Below, one piece after another: positions 42,001 through 56,300 of a stretch of 64,000 nucleotides of DNA; position 1 is the stretch's first letter; every line of letters starts with the position of its first letter. The position numbers were made by a program, and so were the translations under genes. The DNA is taken from positions 7,874,001 to 7,938,000 of the forward strand of contig NC_092671.1 of NCBI RefSeq assembly GCF_964355755.1, given 5' to 3'. The notes beneath the pieces were generated by a model. The model saw only the letters and a list, made by a program, of their open reading frames with translations, was not told the DNA's origin and made no database searches. This stretch comes from Antedon mediterranea. Its lineage: Eukaryota; Animalia; Echinodermata.

Positions 42001-45000
42001 CCTCTTATCTCTTTAGGAAAGTTTTGCCTATACTGTTTTTCCTTTATTTATAGGCCAAAATGTGTTGAATATAATATTCTACTGTAGGCCATAGGCCTGT
42101 AGGGTTTAATAATTATTAAGGTTTTTATTATTATCATCATGCCTGAGTAGTATTACTATTATGCATCGTGTTTCAATCAAGAATTTTCAATTAAGAAAAA
42201 AAAATAAAACGACAAGAACAATTGTAAAATTTATATCCAAGATGGATTATTAACGGCGTTATTAAAAAGCAATATTACAATTGTTGGTTGTTCAATAACA
42301 GGTGCGTTTTAATTGCACATTTATATTGTAATATTTATCACAGGAACGTTTCTTATGATTTGTGACAAATAGACAAAAAAATAGTCCAAAATATGGTCCC
42401 TTTATACCTTTTTTACGCCTATTGATATATAAACCTATATAATATTAACAGATAGACGAATAGCGAATAAGCACCTGTCTATATTTATTAGGTCAGAAAC
42501 TCAACAAAACGTTATGACAGCATATTTTGTTTTCATTTCTAGCCGTACATTATGATATTTATTTCGTGTTACATTACCGATTACAGTCTAGAGTCAGCGT
42601 ACTAACTTTTCTGTTCACGGCCCGCATCGCGTAACCCCATTCTACAACGTCACAAGGGAACGCACGAGCCCATTATCGGATTCAGCGTAACGGACACCGA
42701 ATAATCGTGAAGTGAGATTTTCACTAGAGTAATAAACGCACTAAAATGCACTTGTGACTCGAGGAATTGGGTAATTTACACCCTTAATTTAGATTATTGT
42801 CAAAATGATCCAAAAAGCTCTTGTATTGTTTTAGATCACGGCAATTAAGGATGGAAATAAATAACAGCTCTCAACGGCTAATTACAATTTCAAACTTTTA
42901 ATTGCAAGAATACTGAATCTAAGTTCTACTAAAAGTGTGAAGAATGGTAAGCAAGATTTATTGTACACGAATTTGATTACATTTGAATTATGGTTTGGTT
43001 TCATTGTGGATGAACACAGCGATGTATGGATCAAAGAAGTTTCAACGTAGAAGCTTGCTCTAAATGTGTCCCACTAGTAACCAACTACAAAGGCAAACTT
43101 ATCGCGTCGAACTAAAATGCTGACATGCCGTTATTTCAGTAAAAATTATAAACGTACTTGTTTATCTGGAAATTCAAAATGTCGATACGCGATGTATTAC
43201 CACTATTTCTAAAAATAGACTAACGAATCCAAATCTCACATCTCTGTTAAGGTAGATACTGCAATATTCAGTAAGGTACTGCTGCTAATACTTGGCCTTA
43301 GAATTACAGTTCCTCACCAATTATATAGCCCTGTTTCTGTTCATTTTTGTCGTAATTCCTCAAGTTATAAACATACAATTCAAACCATGAAGCATATACA
43401 ATATATTAAAGTCCATTTTGATCCAAGCCAAGAGAAACTACATTTGCCCTGTTTCAACACCTTTGTCTAATAGAAGAAAACAACACTGTTAATAATATGA
43501 TTTCAGTGTAAAAGCCTAATTTTATAAAATGATCAGAACAGATAGGTTTCCGTTTCTTCACACAGTTTAATTAACAATAAATGGAGTATCGATAATATTA
43601 AGCCTACATTTTCTATATTCATATATAAAGTATAGCCTAACGTTATATTTGAACCTACCTGGTTGATCGGTTAATCTCTGAGATAGCATGCTGACGATAT
43701 TACAGGGTATGTTATACCAGTTGCATATATTGAGCATTTGATGGAGTATGAATTGTCGCTACTCTTTTTTATTGTGTCTTCGTAGCGAGTTTATTGTTCA
43801 ATCGTAAATAAAGGAAATCGCTTTATGTACCCCGTGGGTATCTTTAGGTTATTAACAGATGATATCATTAATTGTTGGATGATATACACTTGTACAAAGG
43901 CAAGGTTAGTTTGCGCCGATCAGCGCTTTTGATTCTGATGTTTATGAGTGGTGTAAAATTTACGAGATTCACGGACCAGTCATGGGAATCAAATTTGAGT
44001 TTTTAAAACCATACAATTGTTTGTAAATCGTTCAAGAGGATAACATTCTGGGTTATTTGCTACGCTTATTTTAATCGCCGAACGCTCAAGGTTTGTAGTA
44101 AAAGAAGTTATCGTTATGATCCTAACACAACTCACAAACGGTTGTAACTTATTATACTTCAATACTAAAACTCACTGTAAATCACACGTTTGCAATGTCA
44201 GCTATTAATTGCGAGTGTTTGAAAACACAACATGTGAAAATATACGCCCTAATTATGATCTTTGATTTATACATTTTGTATATAAGGTTAATTGAAAAAA
44301 AAAGCACCCTTTGATATTGGGGATATTTTGGCAGTTAATATAATTCGTTTATTATTTAACTGTATGTCTATTGGGAATCTTTCTTGACTGGGTCATATTA
44401 AATCAAACATTTAATATTTTTATTGTATTCATTTTAACTTGGTCTGTCGCACCAATAACTGTCATTTCATAGAGTGATCTATTTATGTGACTTTACACTC
44501 CATCAGAAAAGTTATATAACATCAATTATCATCCGTTTTAAAGCTCTAAATTGGGCTACAGAGGTGTCTTCATTTTGTTGATGGTGTATATTACTCAACA
44601 ACCAACTCACGATTTAGCTCTGTAGTCTTGTGATTTCCACGACTTCCTTCGCCTTGGATGATCCTGCATTCTTTAAACATGGTACACATCTACATTCTTC
44701 AAATCTCCCCACATTTCAAAACCGCTTCGTTAAGGCACATTTCTGCGTCTTGAGCCACTTTTATCAATACTATTTATTAATATTAATGGTATATACCTTT
44801 TAGGCCTGTTTTTCGTCGCTTGATAGGCGAGTTAAACAACTCATAAGAAGCACTTATAGTGGCCTACATTCTGTTATTAAAAAAAAAATAACGTTAACAA
44901 ACGTATTTCTCAAATTTCAGAAAAAGGACAAATAAATGTGATTTTAATTCTGACTTGCCATGTATACATTTCTTTGTCATTTATTAAGTATGTAAAAAAT

Positions 45001-48000
45001 TTAAATGTTTCGACCCTCTCTAAGTTTTAAATCTATAGTAAGTTTTATTTCAAATTAGGCCTTTTCGGTGACTGACATATAATTTCTGTGTCCAATCTAT
45101 GCTATAAACCAACGCGACATTTACGATGGATTAGTGGGGTGGTCCCGTACTAAAAAAGACCAAGAGAAGTACAATCGTAAAATTTTCTATTTGATTGCAT
45201 GAGTTATACCCCGGATTGACAGTTAAACATGTAACGGATCAACGGCTCAACACTACAATCTGTGACCGATTTGTTATGTATGACTTCATTTTTCTTGTTA
45301 CTTTTCGACGTCTCGTGTGTAATCCGCAAAACTATGTTCACAATTTGTTTTCAGATTTTGGTTGTAACTTAACATTAATGAGAGATTAAACAAAAAGACA
45401 AGTCTTCAACGAAGAGTTATGCATTCTGATTCTACCGAGGAACGAAGTTCAACATGCATGTAGGCCTAATCAAGCTACAACGAGAGACCAAGCCACCAAG
45501 CACAATGGAACAACATAAATGGCTTTTCTGAAAATGTATTTAAAAGCTTCAAGAAAAACAAAAGAACGTTTAAATCAATTGTATTTCCTGCAGTGAAAGT
45601 CCATTTAACATTATGTGTACCTAACATCATACAAATTATCAGGTAAGACCGATAATACACTCTCATACCCTAAACCTAAAACAATGTCCTACATAATCAA
45701 CATTTTTTTATTATTGAGTTGCATACCTTATCTAACATTAAACTCGATGTATTATTCCCTGTTCTAAAACTAAACAACAGGCCTATATAATCAGCATTAC
45801 GCACCGTAGTCGATAGGGGTAAATGTAATGTAGGCATATCACTAATAACAAGAATACCTATAACAATATATTGTTTTTCAAAAATAACGCAAACCTTCAA
45901 AATCGGAAGCTAAACGATTTATTTAGATGAGACAATGTTAAGTTTAACAGTTTTGTATTTTTACATGAATTTTGGTTTATTGTTATACGACACGGTGCAA
46001 CTGGCATTATTATTTTCCTTTCTAAGATAGTTTGCATTTTGGTATTCATTTATTTATTTATTTAATGTATTTAATTTAAATACATCATAATGTCAATATT
46101 GTCTTTTCTGCAGTATTTTATTACTGTAGATATATTGAGATAATATATAGGAACTCGATATATTCACTACGTCATTCTAAATCAAATGAGCCACAAAATA
46201 TTTATAGTGTCTATATTTACATTAATATAACGCGATGAAAGTTTAAATATTGTTATAGCTTAAACGTGTTACTAAACAATACAGAAAGATAAAAGCCATC
46301 CTTTCTATAAAATTATTATTTTGACAATATTATTTATTGAATGCTGTAAAAGAGACGAGTTGTGTATAGTTCCGTGTTGCTACAGAAGAGTACGAACGAG
46401 TTAAACATTGGATTTTATAACGTTAAACGCGTCTTTGAAACACATACATTGTCATAACCCAAGTACACGTAAAGGGCCTTCAGCTGTTGTCGACGTGACG
46501 AAACAAAAGAAATAATTATGATATACGACATTAAATATCAATGATGACCATTTTCGTTGTGATCTGTTTCGACACCAATTAAACAATGAGAACAGTTTGG
46601 ATGTGAAAATATTATTGTGTTGGTATTTAGATTGTTTAAACCACGACTTTGATTAAAATCGCCGGCCATTGGACAAAAGTCAAAAAGGACAACAAAGATA
46701 AAAGACTTGCGTTTAACTAATTCATGCGACTTCAATCAATAATAATGCAGCATTTTACAATGTAGGTCTCGTCATATTTTGCTTACGTGTTAGGCCTATT
46801 TGTGTGACAAAAATAATAAGGTTTAGGGCTCTGAAAACAAAGTCTATTTTGTAGGCCTACATTTAACACCCGACAAAAAACGGTGATAATCAGAGAATGC
46901 TCTTAGTTGCTCTATTTGAAGAAACAAAAATAAACACAATAATTAAATATTTGACCAAATCTAAATTATCCGTAGTAGAGCGGATTATAATGTTATATGT
47001 TCTTTCTAGTGAAGAAATAAACAAATAGTTAAACAGATGAAGAAAATGAATGAATAGGAATTTCATTATAAAATGAAAATGTTCAAATATAAAACAAAAC
47101 TATATTTATGGTTTTGTAATAAAATATAAGTAACAATTAATTTTGTCTCATCGTAATATTGACTAAGTTTGACGATTGTAATACAAAACAATACTAAAAT
47201 ATATGACCAAACACGATTAGGTCTTCTTATAAATTATTAAAAAAGTCATCTGTTTGTCTATAATTATACAGAAATTAAAATTACCTATATGCCAAAATTA
47301 AATAGGCCTGGAAAAAAAATTGATGAATTTCTTTCCCGAATACGCAAGTGTCAGTCATGGTATACGGTGAAACAAATATGAGGCTAAAATAACAACATAA
47401 TGTACAAACAGTGGTTTATTAGATGATTTCTTTAGGTGAATCTTACTTTTGTTTAATGCTGTAATTAATAAATATAAAAATAAAGTATTGTATTATTTCT
47501 AAAAATAAACAATAAGTAATGCATTTTCCAAGCAGGTTCTCCAAATTCTTAAAAGACCTTGGTACCACAACGCTTGCATATTTTGCCTGGGGCGGATTAG
47601 GTATGTCTTAACACCTCTTGTTTTCCTGTTCTTCCTACATTCGCAGGCTTTTTTCTTTTTATTGTTCAGGCATGAATTTTACTACCGCCAGCAACATAAC
47701 ATTATCATCAAATAAGGTGTTATTTATGAACTGTTTTCAAATCTCAACAATTTTAAACTACAGTAAACTAAAATGTATTAGATTGTATGTGCTTCAGGTT
47801 TTATACATGTTATCTTAAACAAAGTTTTCATATTCATGGGCCACGTTGCTCTGCGGAGGATATATACGGTAGTTTACATTTTTAAGGAAGTTGGTGTTTG
47901 TTTTGGCGTCAATGCTTGGTGGTGAAAACATGTTGAACTTGAAATGTATTTACATTTTAATGTTTTAAAACATTGATAAATTGATATTAATTTGATAACA

Positions 48001-51000
48001 ATATATGAAATTATCACTATTTGTTTATATACTTTAAATAAAGTAACTTAATTAGTTCGAATAGTATACAAATTTGCTTGCAAATACTTAATTTGCTTGC
48101 TAATTAATGTAAAACTATATCTCCTCATTTTAGATTATGTGTAACAATTGTGGTTTTATGTGGTATACATAAATTGGAAATAAAACAATAAAAATAATAC
48201 AATAGTTTGGGTTGGACACTACGGTATTGTTTCCGTACCTTATGACTTAACCAAGTTATATTATGAGTAATACTGTAGTAATAAACGTGAGGCAGACTGA
48301 CAAAGGGGAAACAACAATTTTTATTTAAATTCTGAATTCATATTAAGTATTTCAGTTTTATATTATTTGTTTAATAGTTCCTAATTGAAAAGGCAGCCTC
48401 TACAACGTAAATTGTATATAGGTTTCATTTATCAACACATACTTACTTTATTGAAAAAAATAGACGTACTAAAGTAGCAAGGGAAAGAGTAGTTTGTGGA
48501 GGAGAAGGTGGATGTTACTTTTTTACTTTGTATGAACATCTTAGAAACCTTTATCATAATTAGAAACCAAGATATTATATACCTAAACAGAACTAGAAAA
48601 AAACCCGACTTTTTGCAATGTATTTAAAGAAGAAGTAAATTCTCACCTTTTGTAATATGGGCCGAAGGCCAAAGTTATTAATAAAGAAAGAACGAAATTT
48701 TATAAATAAAATCAAATTAATATTACAATACAAATATTTTTGCCCTAATAATAGCTATTCCTTTATCTAATTATTCTTATTCCTACATTTTAACATACAT
48801 AAATTGTACATTGAATAGGCTTCCGGTACTGAATATACTTATGACGGGTTGTTAACGAAATTAAAAACAATAGGATATTGTGGTCGTTATTTTTTTGTGT
48901 ATTTATTACCTCGAATGTTAAAAAACAATAACAAAGTTCCAAACATAGCTATACACATAAACAAATAGCGGTATTGTAACCGTAATAAGATTAAAGTTTG
49001 GTGAATGAAAAAACTAACATTAAATAAACGTACACGTTATGATGATTACAATCACACGTCTAAAATGTAATTATTCTTATCAGATTATCACTTTAACCAT
49101 TATCATATAACGGTAAACCGACACATGCATTGGAATCAACGAAATCACAAAACGCCTGAAACGGTTAAAACTGCGCATGCGTTAAAGTAGGAGGAGAATA
49201 AGATCGGTTCCTCAATCTGCAGGTCTACTATTTTTCATCTTGACGACTTCACGGTAAGACTAACTTTTTTATTCACTTTAGTACCAATTTTATACTTTAA
49301 AATTCTAATAAAACTTATTATTATTTTAACTTAATCGTTTGTGCTCGTTAGTTGGTTTTTATGAAGGTAATTATTTGAGTCGTAACATTTTATGTTCTGT
49401 ACATAGTATTCCGTTTTAGAGTTGTTATAATGTTTTAAGGGTTTTTTCCTATTATGTAAGTAATAGTAAAGTATTGTAAAATTGGATTAATCTTTTCAAA
49501 GAATAATTTTTTGTTTGTATAGCGTTATTTTTACTAGTATATGCAAACGAGTACAGCATGCTTGGTACAACGTGAAAGATACTGTAGTAAGATTGGGTCA
49601 AGCTGGGTTTATACCAGCAATAAAATTCACTGTCCATAAAAAGTGCCTCGTAAAATTGTGACGGTGGTCTGTGTGGAATTAGATTTTGACACGTAAAAAC
49701 TAACCGAACGTCAATCGTAAGACTTCTTAAAATTATTACGATCTGTCGACGAAAATTAAAGTTTAACAAAGTAAATATAGAGGAATGTCATCATTGACAT
49801 TAATGTATTTTATTATGAGATCAATCAGGATTCTATATACAGCATCACAACGTGTCTTTATTGTTTAACGACTGATACCGTCCGTAACACTTTATATGTA
49901 TTATAAACAAGTAAACATGAGTTTGTCCCGATGTCTATAGTACGTAATTCATTAAACTTCAGCCTGTTATGGTGTAAACCTAGGCCTATATCTTATCCCT
50001 CCATTTTTAGAGTGTAAATAGTAAGTTATACATTAGTAAATTGTTCTTTCGTTTGATTAATCAATTTATTTTACATTTTTACTGTTTAATTACTCTAAAT
50101 ATTATTATTATTATTATTATTTAAAATGAATTGTATATTCCGCACCCATTGCATTTAATACGAAAAGTACGGTACTACACCTAATCATCTAATATTTGTA
50201 AGTTTAGTTTAAACTATTTTTTATTCTAAAATAAGCCTAAAAAGATACCATATTTAAACTACTTCAAATTATTGTTTACATGGTAATGTTTTTACATTGA
50301 TGTGTTATGTATTCATAATGATTTAACTAGTAGTAGTAAGAACAACTACAGATTACATTTCTTAAGCAAATAAATAGGCCTAACTATCAACATTATAAAA
50401 ACTATACAGTCACGTTATTTTTGTTTTTGTAGTTTCACTTTAAGTTTTAAAATGAAAAAAAAGTAACGTACTGTAGTATCATTTGATTGATTGAACCGTA
50501 TTACTGGTATTATCGCCTGAGCGTGAATTCACGAGAATTATTTTTTCCCTCTCCATATTTACATAATGCGCCCTCTATTGTTTTAAATCGGCAACTGTAA
50601 CTTCATCGTGCAAATTCAACACAAACAAATTTAAAATCCAAAATATGATTTTATCTAATGAAATAAATATCTTAAATATAATAGGATGACTGTATATATA
50701 CACATTTTTTATTTATTATCTGTTATCATCATTGATAAAATGTGATTCACTTAATTTTACTTTAATACTTTAATGTTTAACAAGAGTAGAATACGCCCTC
50801 TGGAAGTCCGGTGTTGGAATTAAAAAAAAAACAACAACATGAAAATACCAAATAATTTTAAAATAGGTCGAAAGTTTGAGCGACTAATATTGCACTTTAA
50901 AAAATGTTAACCATTTTGTAAAATGTCACACTTTTTTTTTTATTCGTACATGTCTATTCGTTTGATAATGGTTTGATAAACTTTTCACTATGAAGATATA

Positions 51001-53093
51001 ACAATATAGGCTTGTAATTTAGGATTGAGTGAACTATTTTAATACTTGGTGAAGTAAACTATTGTACAAAAAATACGCCATAGTATTAGTAGGCATTAAT
51101 ACAAATAGTTAAATTGTAATGGTGTAATAGTTTGTTACTAATAATAGATTTAATGGCCATAACTTTCGTACAAAAATACTATTTACATTTGTCTTTCAAT
51201 TTAAACGACGACATTCATCATAAGATTTTCTCATATGTATCATAATAATATAATCATCACAAATGCTATACAATTATAATTGACTTTTTACCAATTACCA
51301 GCCATGCGCCTATACATTATAATAGTTTTAAAAAACCACGCATATGTACTAATTTTATCACAGAAAAGTACTTAGAACCTGTTAGTGTCCCAGCCGAGTA
51401 ATATATCTTGCGATGCTCGCGAACATCGAACAAACTGTCCCGCCTGATAGGTTGGCAACTAAAATAATTTTTCATACAACTGCGATGAACATTAATTTAC
51501 TAATTATAGCGGATAGTCACTTGAGAAAAATCACCACACGATAAATAATGTATAGCGAAATTCTCCATTCATCTATCAATTAACGTAATTGATTGTTTCT
51601 ATGACGATGAGTATATGCGCTTGGTGAGTAGAAGAGTAATCAGCGAGGGAGTGTAGATGGGAAAAAAATAATGGACTGTTCGTGTTGAATGAAATTAGCA
51701 CACTGTTAAACTTCACGGCTGAGAGAAAGGCCTTAAACCAAGAAATTAGCAAAATATACCGTCAGCGAGAAAAGCCACGAGAGAGGCCTAGAGAAATTGA
51801 CTTTAAATCGTCAGTCAAATATTGGGCTGATAATGATAAAACAAAGTAAATTTAAACCAACAATTATTTATCTAACTTAAGTCAAGTATAAGGCTATTTA
51901 GACAGGCTAAAAGTAATTGATTTAGGCCAAGAGACTAAGTACCAATCTAAAACAGCATAGGCCAACAGTAGAAATACGGTGCTATTGCCATTTACAAAGC
52001 TAAAAATAAATATATGTGGCCTAAAGAAAGTAATTGACTATTATTAATTTATGCATTTGCATCTTTTAAACATAAAATTCATTAATGTCTATTCGCGAAC
52101 GATATAATATAATATTTTTTTTTACAATTTTAAGCTAAATAATTTCGCAACGAATTTTTATACTTTGGACTTTAAAGTTATTAAAATGTCATCATATTGT
52201 CACATTGTAACTTTCATATAACACTACCTTATATATAATCATATTCAAATTGAGATTGTTACTATTCATATACAATGATGAACAACATGCATTATTGAAT
52301 AGAATGATCTGTAATAGCAATTATGAATGTGGCCATAACGCGGAACCTTTCAATCGCAGTATATTACTATTCAAATCAAATTAGTAAGGCTTATATCGGA
52401 TGATTATAAATTGATTGTTAATTACAATATAAACTCATTTAATTAACAAAGCTAGCTAGACGGAATTTACAGCAAAATGTCTGGTATATAAATTAATGTA
52501 TTGAAATATCACATAAACAAAATGTCATATATAGTATAGTTAAACGAAACAAAAAACAGTTTGATTAATAATTAGTTATTATACCATACAATAAAACTGC
52601 TAAAACTTAACATAATGTGTGTACAATAGTTAGTGGACCTATTGTAACTGAAACACAAATTACGGCACAATTTGTAAAAACCACTTAACTTCGTCCCACG
52701 ACGGCCTTTAAGTGAAATACAAAAACTAACAATGGTAAATAAAATGCCCGTAAATCAAATATAATAAAATCTGTGATTGAAATACATAAAAGTTATTATC
52801 AAATATACATTACATAACGTAGCCCTTGTACATAGCTGTATTTCAATTATATTGTTTAGAGAGTCTTAGATCTTGTATTGTTCGATTTACGAGTAAAGTA
52901 ATATGCGAATTGTTTGGGGTATTTTGGTTGTATTTTTTAAAAGAGTGACAGCTATGCTAAAACGTAAAGGAAGCGATTCATTTACTTTTTATTTGATAAT
53001 AACACTAATTAATATTAGGCCTAATGCATAATTAATAGTTATTAATGTCTTAATATGTAGGCCTATCAACATGTCGAATATACGAATAGTAAT

Positions 53094-53301
53094 TAATTGA
53101 TTGAAATATATATTTATACTGGGTAACCTCTTCAGTCAAAGACTGGTCTCCCAGAGGGCCCAGTTGGTGATCAGTGGCTATGATGTACTAATACACTGGG
53201 GTAACCCCTACTCGTCTCGAAAGATGTACTAGGTTCTAGCCGATGTTATGGCTACGTAATTACGGTTCCACTGTCTTAACCGCTCGGCCACTCACTCACT
53301 T
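53094..53301 (-). mobile_element. tRNA-derived SINE (internally deleted or degenerate)
   Basis: The minus strand begins AGTGAGTGAGTGGCCGAGCGGTTAAGAC (tRNA A-box/D-arm-like), followed by a GC-rich body and an AT-rich tail. It is flanked by the 9-bp direct repeat AATAGTAAT (53085-53093 and 53302-53310). No clear B-box is seen. Confidence 0.7.
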
Positions 53302-56300
53302 AATAGTAATGATTTATTGGTTTTTTATCTCATCACCATTATTACGTCATCTTTACGTATTGTGTCGGATATACACAAAAAAAGTATATAATATAACTAA
53401 TTAAAAGTCGTTTTACAAGTCTATTATCTTTTTTCATTCTTCAATAAGACCTTATTTTTGAAGGATTTTTGTTTTTATTTGAAGTTTATTGTAAAATGAA
53501 CATCCATCATTTAAATAATAGCAATATAAACAATAGGCCTATATAAATTATAATCAAAACATTTTAAAGACAATTAATTGCAGGGTATCCTGTAGTGGAA
53601 GAAAACAATGTTTCTTGCCACATGCAGTATTTTAAAGAAAAGGATAACAACAAAAAATAAGAAAAAAATAATTTCAGAAACAACTACTTACAACATTATT
53701 TTAAAGTTTAAGTGTTACTAGTAATTTTAAATTAAAAACTTTTGTAAACAAAACAATTTTCCCAAGGAATAGTATTAGGAGGATAAGCAGCGCCCTCTCC
53801 GACATATTACTTTCAGTTTTCCTTTAATACTTCTTATAATGTTTTGTATGGGTGCACTACCAAAGCTGTGTGCCACTGATTCTAAAGTGGCAATAAAATA
53901 CTGAAATACTTTTAATTTGTAATGTGGAAAACAAAACACATTTAGATATTTTACACATTAATGTTTAGCAAGATAGATGATAACTATTATTTAAAATATA
54001 AATTTTATAAACAAGCATAACATTTATGGAAGGTCCGTTTCATTCCATTTTTACATGGTTAAAATGCCTGTATACGAAGGTAATACAAAAAAGCACAACA
54101 CAACGTCAGTAAGTGGAAACAAATTTAATAATGATTATTATAATAAAAAATAATTTAGTTAGAAATATAAATAATAGAAATAACAAAATAAACCCTAGAC
54201 ATGTTTGCATAACTATTTATAACAGTAATATATAAATAAGCTACAGTTGTAAAAATATATCTAAAAGCTGTGGCATTGGTAGGACCGAGTCTCCTCAATA
54301 CAGATAAAATAAAGTGCTTATTTGCTTAATGATCTCAAATGATCTAGATCGTAAAAATAAACAGCAGAAAAAACAACGATATTATCATAAACTAATATGT
54401 TTTATATCACTGTTTTTCTTATCAATGATCAATAAAATAAAACAAATTAATATTAGTATATTTTTATATAATTTTTATATACTGTAAAATTTGAATTAAA
54501 AAAAATATTCATTTAAAAAGGGGCAGTCCATTTCCATATTTTTGAACGATCGGTTTGCCTTTGAGTTTTACTTACATTCCTCATCATTAGAGAAACGATT
54601 CAATGCATGGATTGGAAATATTAGTTAGTGGCTGGTGACTCAACTTAAGCCATGTGTTTGAGTGAAGATAGATAAATCACCATCCGTATTCCCATGTTAA
54701 TCACACAATCTGCATGTAGTGTAACTTTACCCAAACATTGTATATAAAGGCGTTTCAACCATGATTAGTCTTCTAATCAAAAAATTATAAAAGAAAACAT
54801 TAATAGTCTTACGATATGATTTTTTTCAACATGATACTATTGTAATAATATTCAAAATAACCGTTTGAAACAAAAAGGAATTGAGTTATATCCACTCTTT
54901 CCTGAGTATACTAACATTATTTAAAAATCAATTAATATGCACGTTGAAGATAAAATAAGGAGTTTAAAAAAAATCTTAATGATGCAAAGTTGTATTTATA
55001 CAAATACCAAGGGGTAAAAATAAATGTTTACCCTGTTCGTTATTCAATCATAATAATTAAGCCGTAAAAATCGATTAATATTTGTTACTGTTTAGATTTG
55101 ATAACTTTAAACAGTAAAACAATTTGTCAATAAACGAAGGGGTTGTTCCTAAATTAGAGAAGACTGCATAATATTACACCAGTTCCAATAAAATAATTGC
55201 ACAGTAATTGCACAGAAGCTCGGTACAGTACTTTATGAAACACAATGTTACGAAAAAAGAACACGAATCATTACTGATAGCATATGTCCCTGTGGTTTAT
55301 TAGGTACGGCAAAATAAAGTATTGTCTTCATGTTTTCCTCATTACAACTTGTATCACTTACAAACCCGTTAATTATAACTTGTTCTAAATAATTCCGCGG
55401 TTAGCCTTTGTTTGCATTGGCAGTGATCTTGAACTATATAAACATGTAGAAGTTTGAGTATCAGCAAATGGCGTCATAAGTGATGTCTGCTGCCGTTTAC
55501 ACCATAAGTTAGCCTGCTACAACCTGCTTGTTTACTTAGGCCTAAGGTATACGAGTATCATCCTTGCTTTCTTGCTGCGAGGATCTCTATTATTATTGAT
55601 TCTTAACTGTTTCCGATTTAAAGTTGTTGTAATCACACAAAGATTGGATAATTACAATTCCCTTGCGTATTCTATGGCTTTATTGTATTATATTTGGTGA
55701 CGGAATATAGCGAATGCATTTACAAAGTTGAGAAATCAAGTAGCAAGGGAATTAACTAAGTGGCAAAAACTACTTATCATATTACAATAATCATTATTAT
55801 TTAAGAAATATCGATAAAATGGCAAGAAACCTCAACCTAATTGGTATAAAATGTAATATACGCCTACACGTATACTATTATGGAACTAGTTCTCCTACTA
55901 GCAGTATTCACTTATTATTTAATTGCGGTTTTCCTTTATTGTCAACGCAAACATACTTATCTCGTTGATTTTCAATTATTAAATTAGATGCAATATATAG
56001 GACTTATTATATTTCTTCATATGACAATTACAACTTGAAGCACACTTTTTAAACATTAATATAATTATGTTGAAAACAATATAAACATTTCGATACGACA
56101 TACTCTGAAAAAGAACGATTGTTAGCCATGGTGTGAATTCAATGTTGAATTGTATTACATTTATACGGTATTAATATATAAACTTTGATTTGAAAATATT
56201 TTATTTTTGTATATTTTTATCTATCTGCCTATTTTTATATAATATAATATGATTCTATATTACATTAGCAATATAGTTTAGTTAAAAAATTATTCTTATT

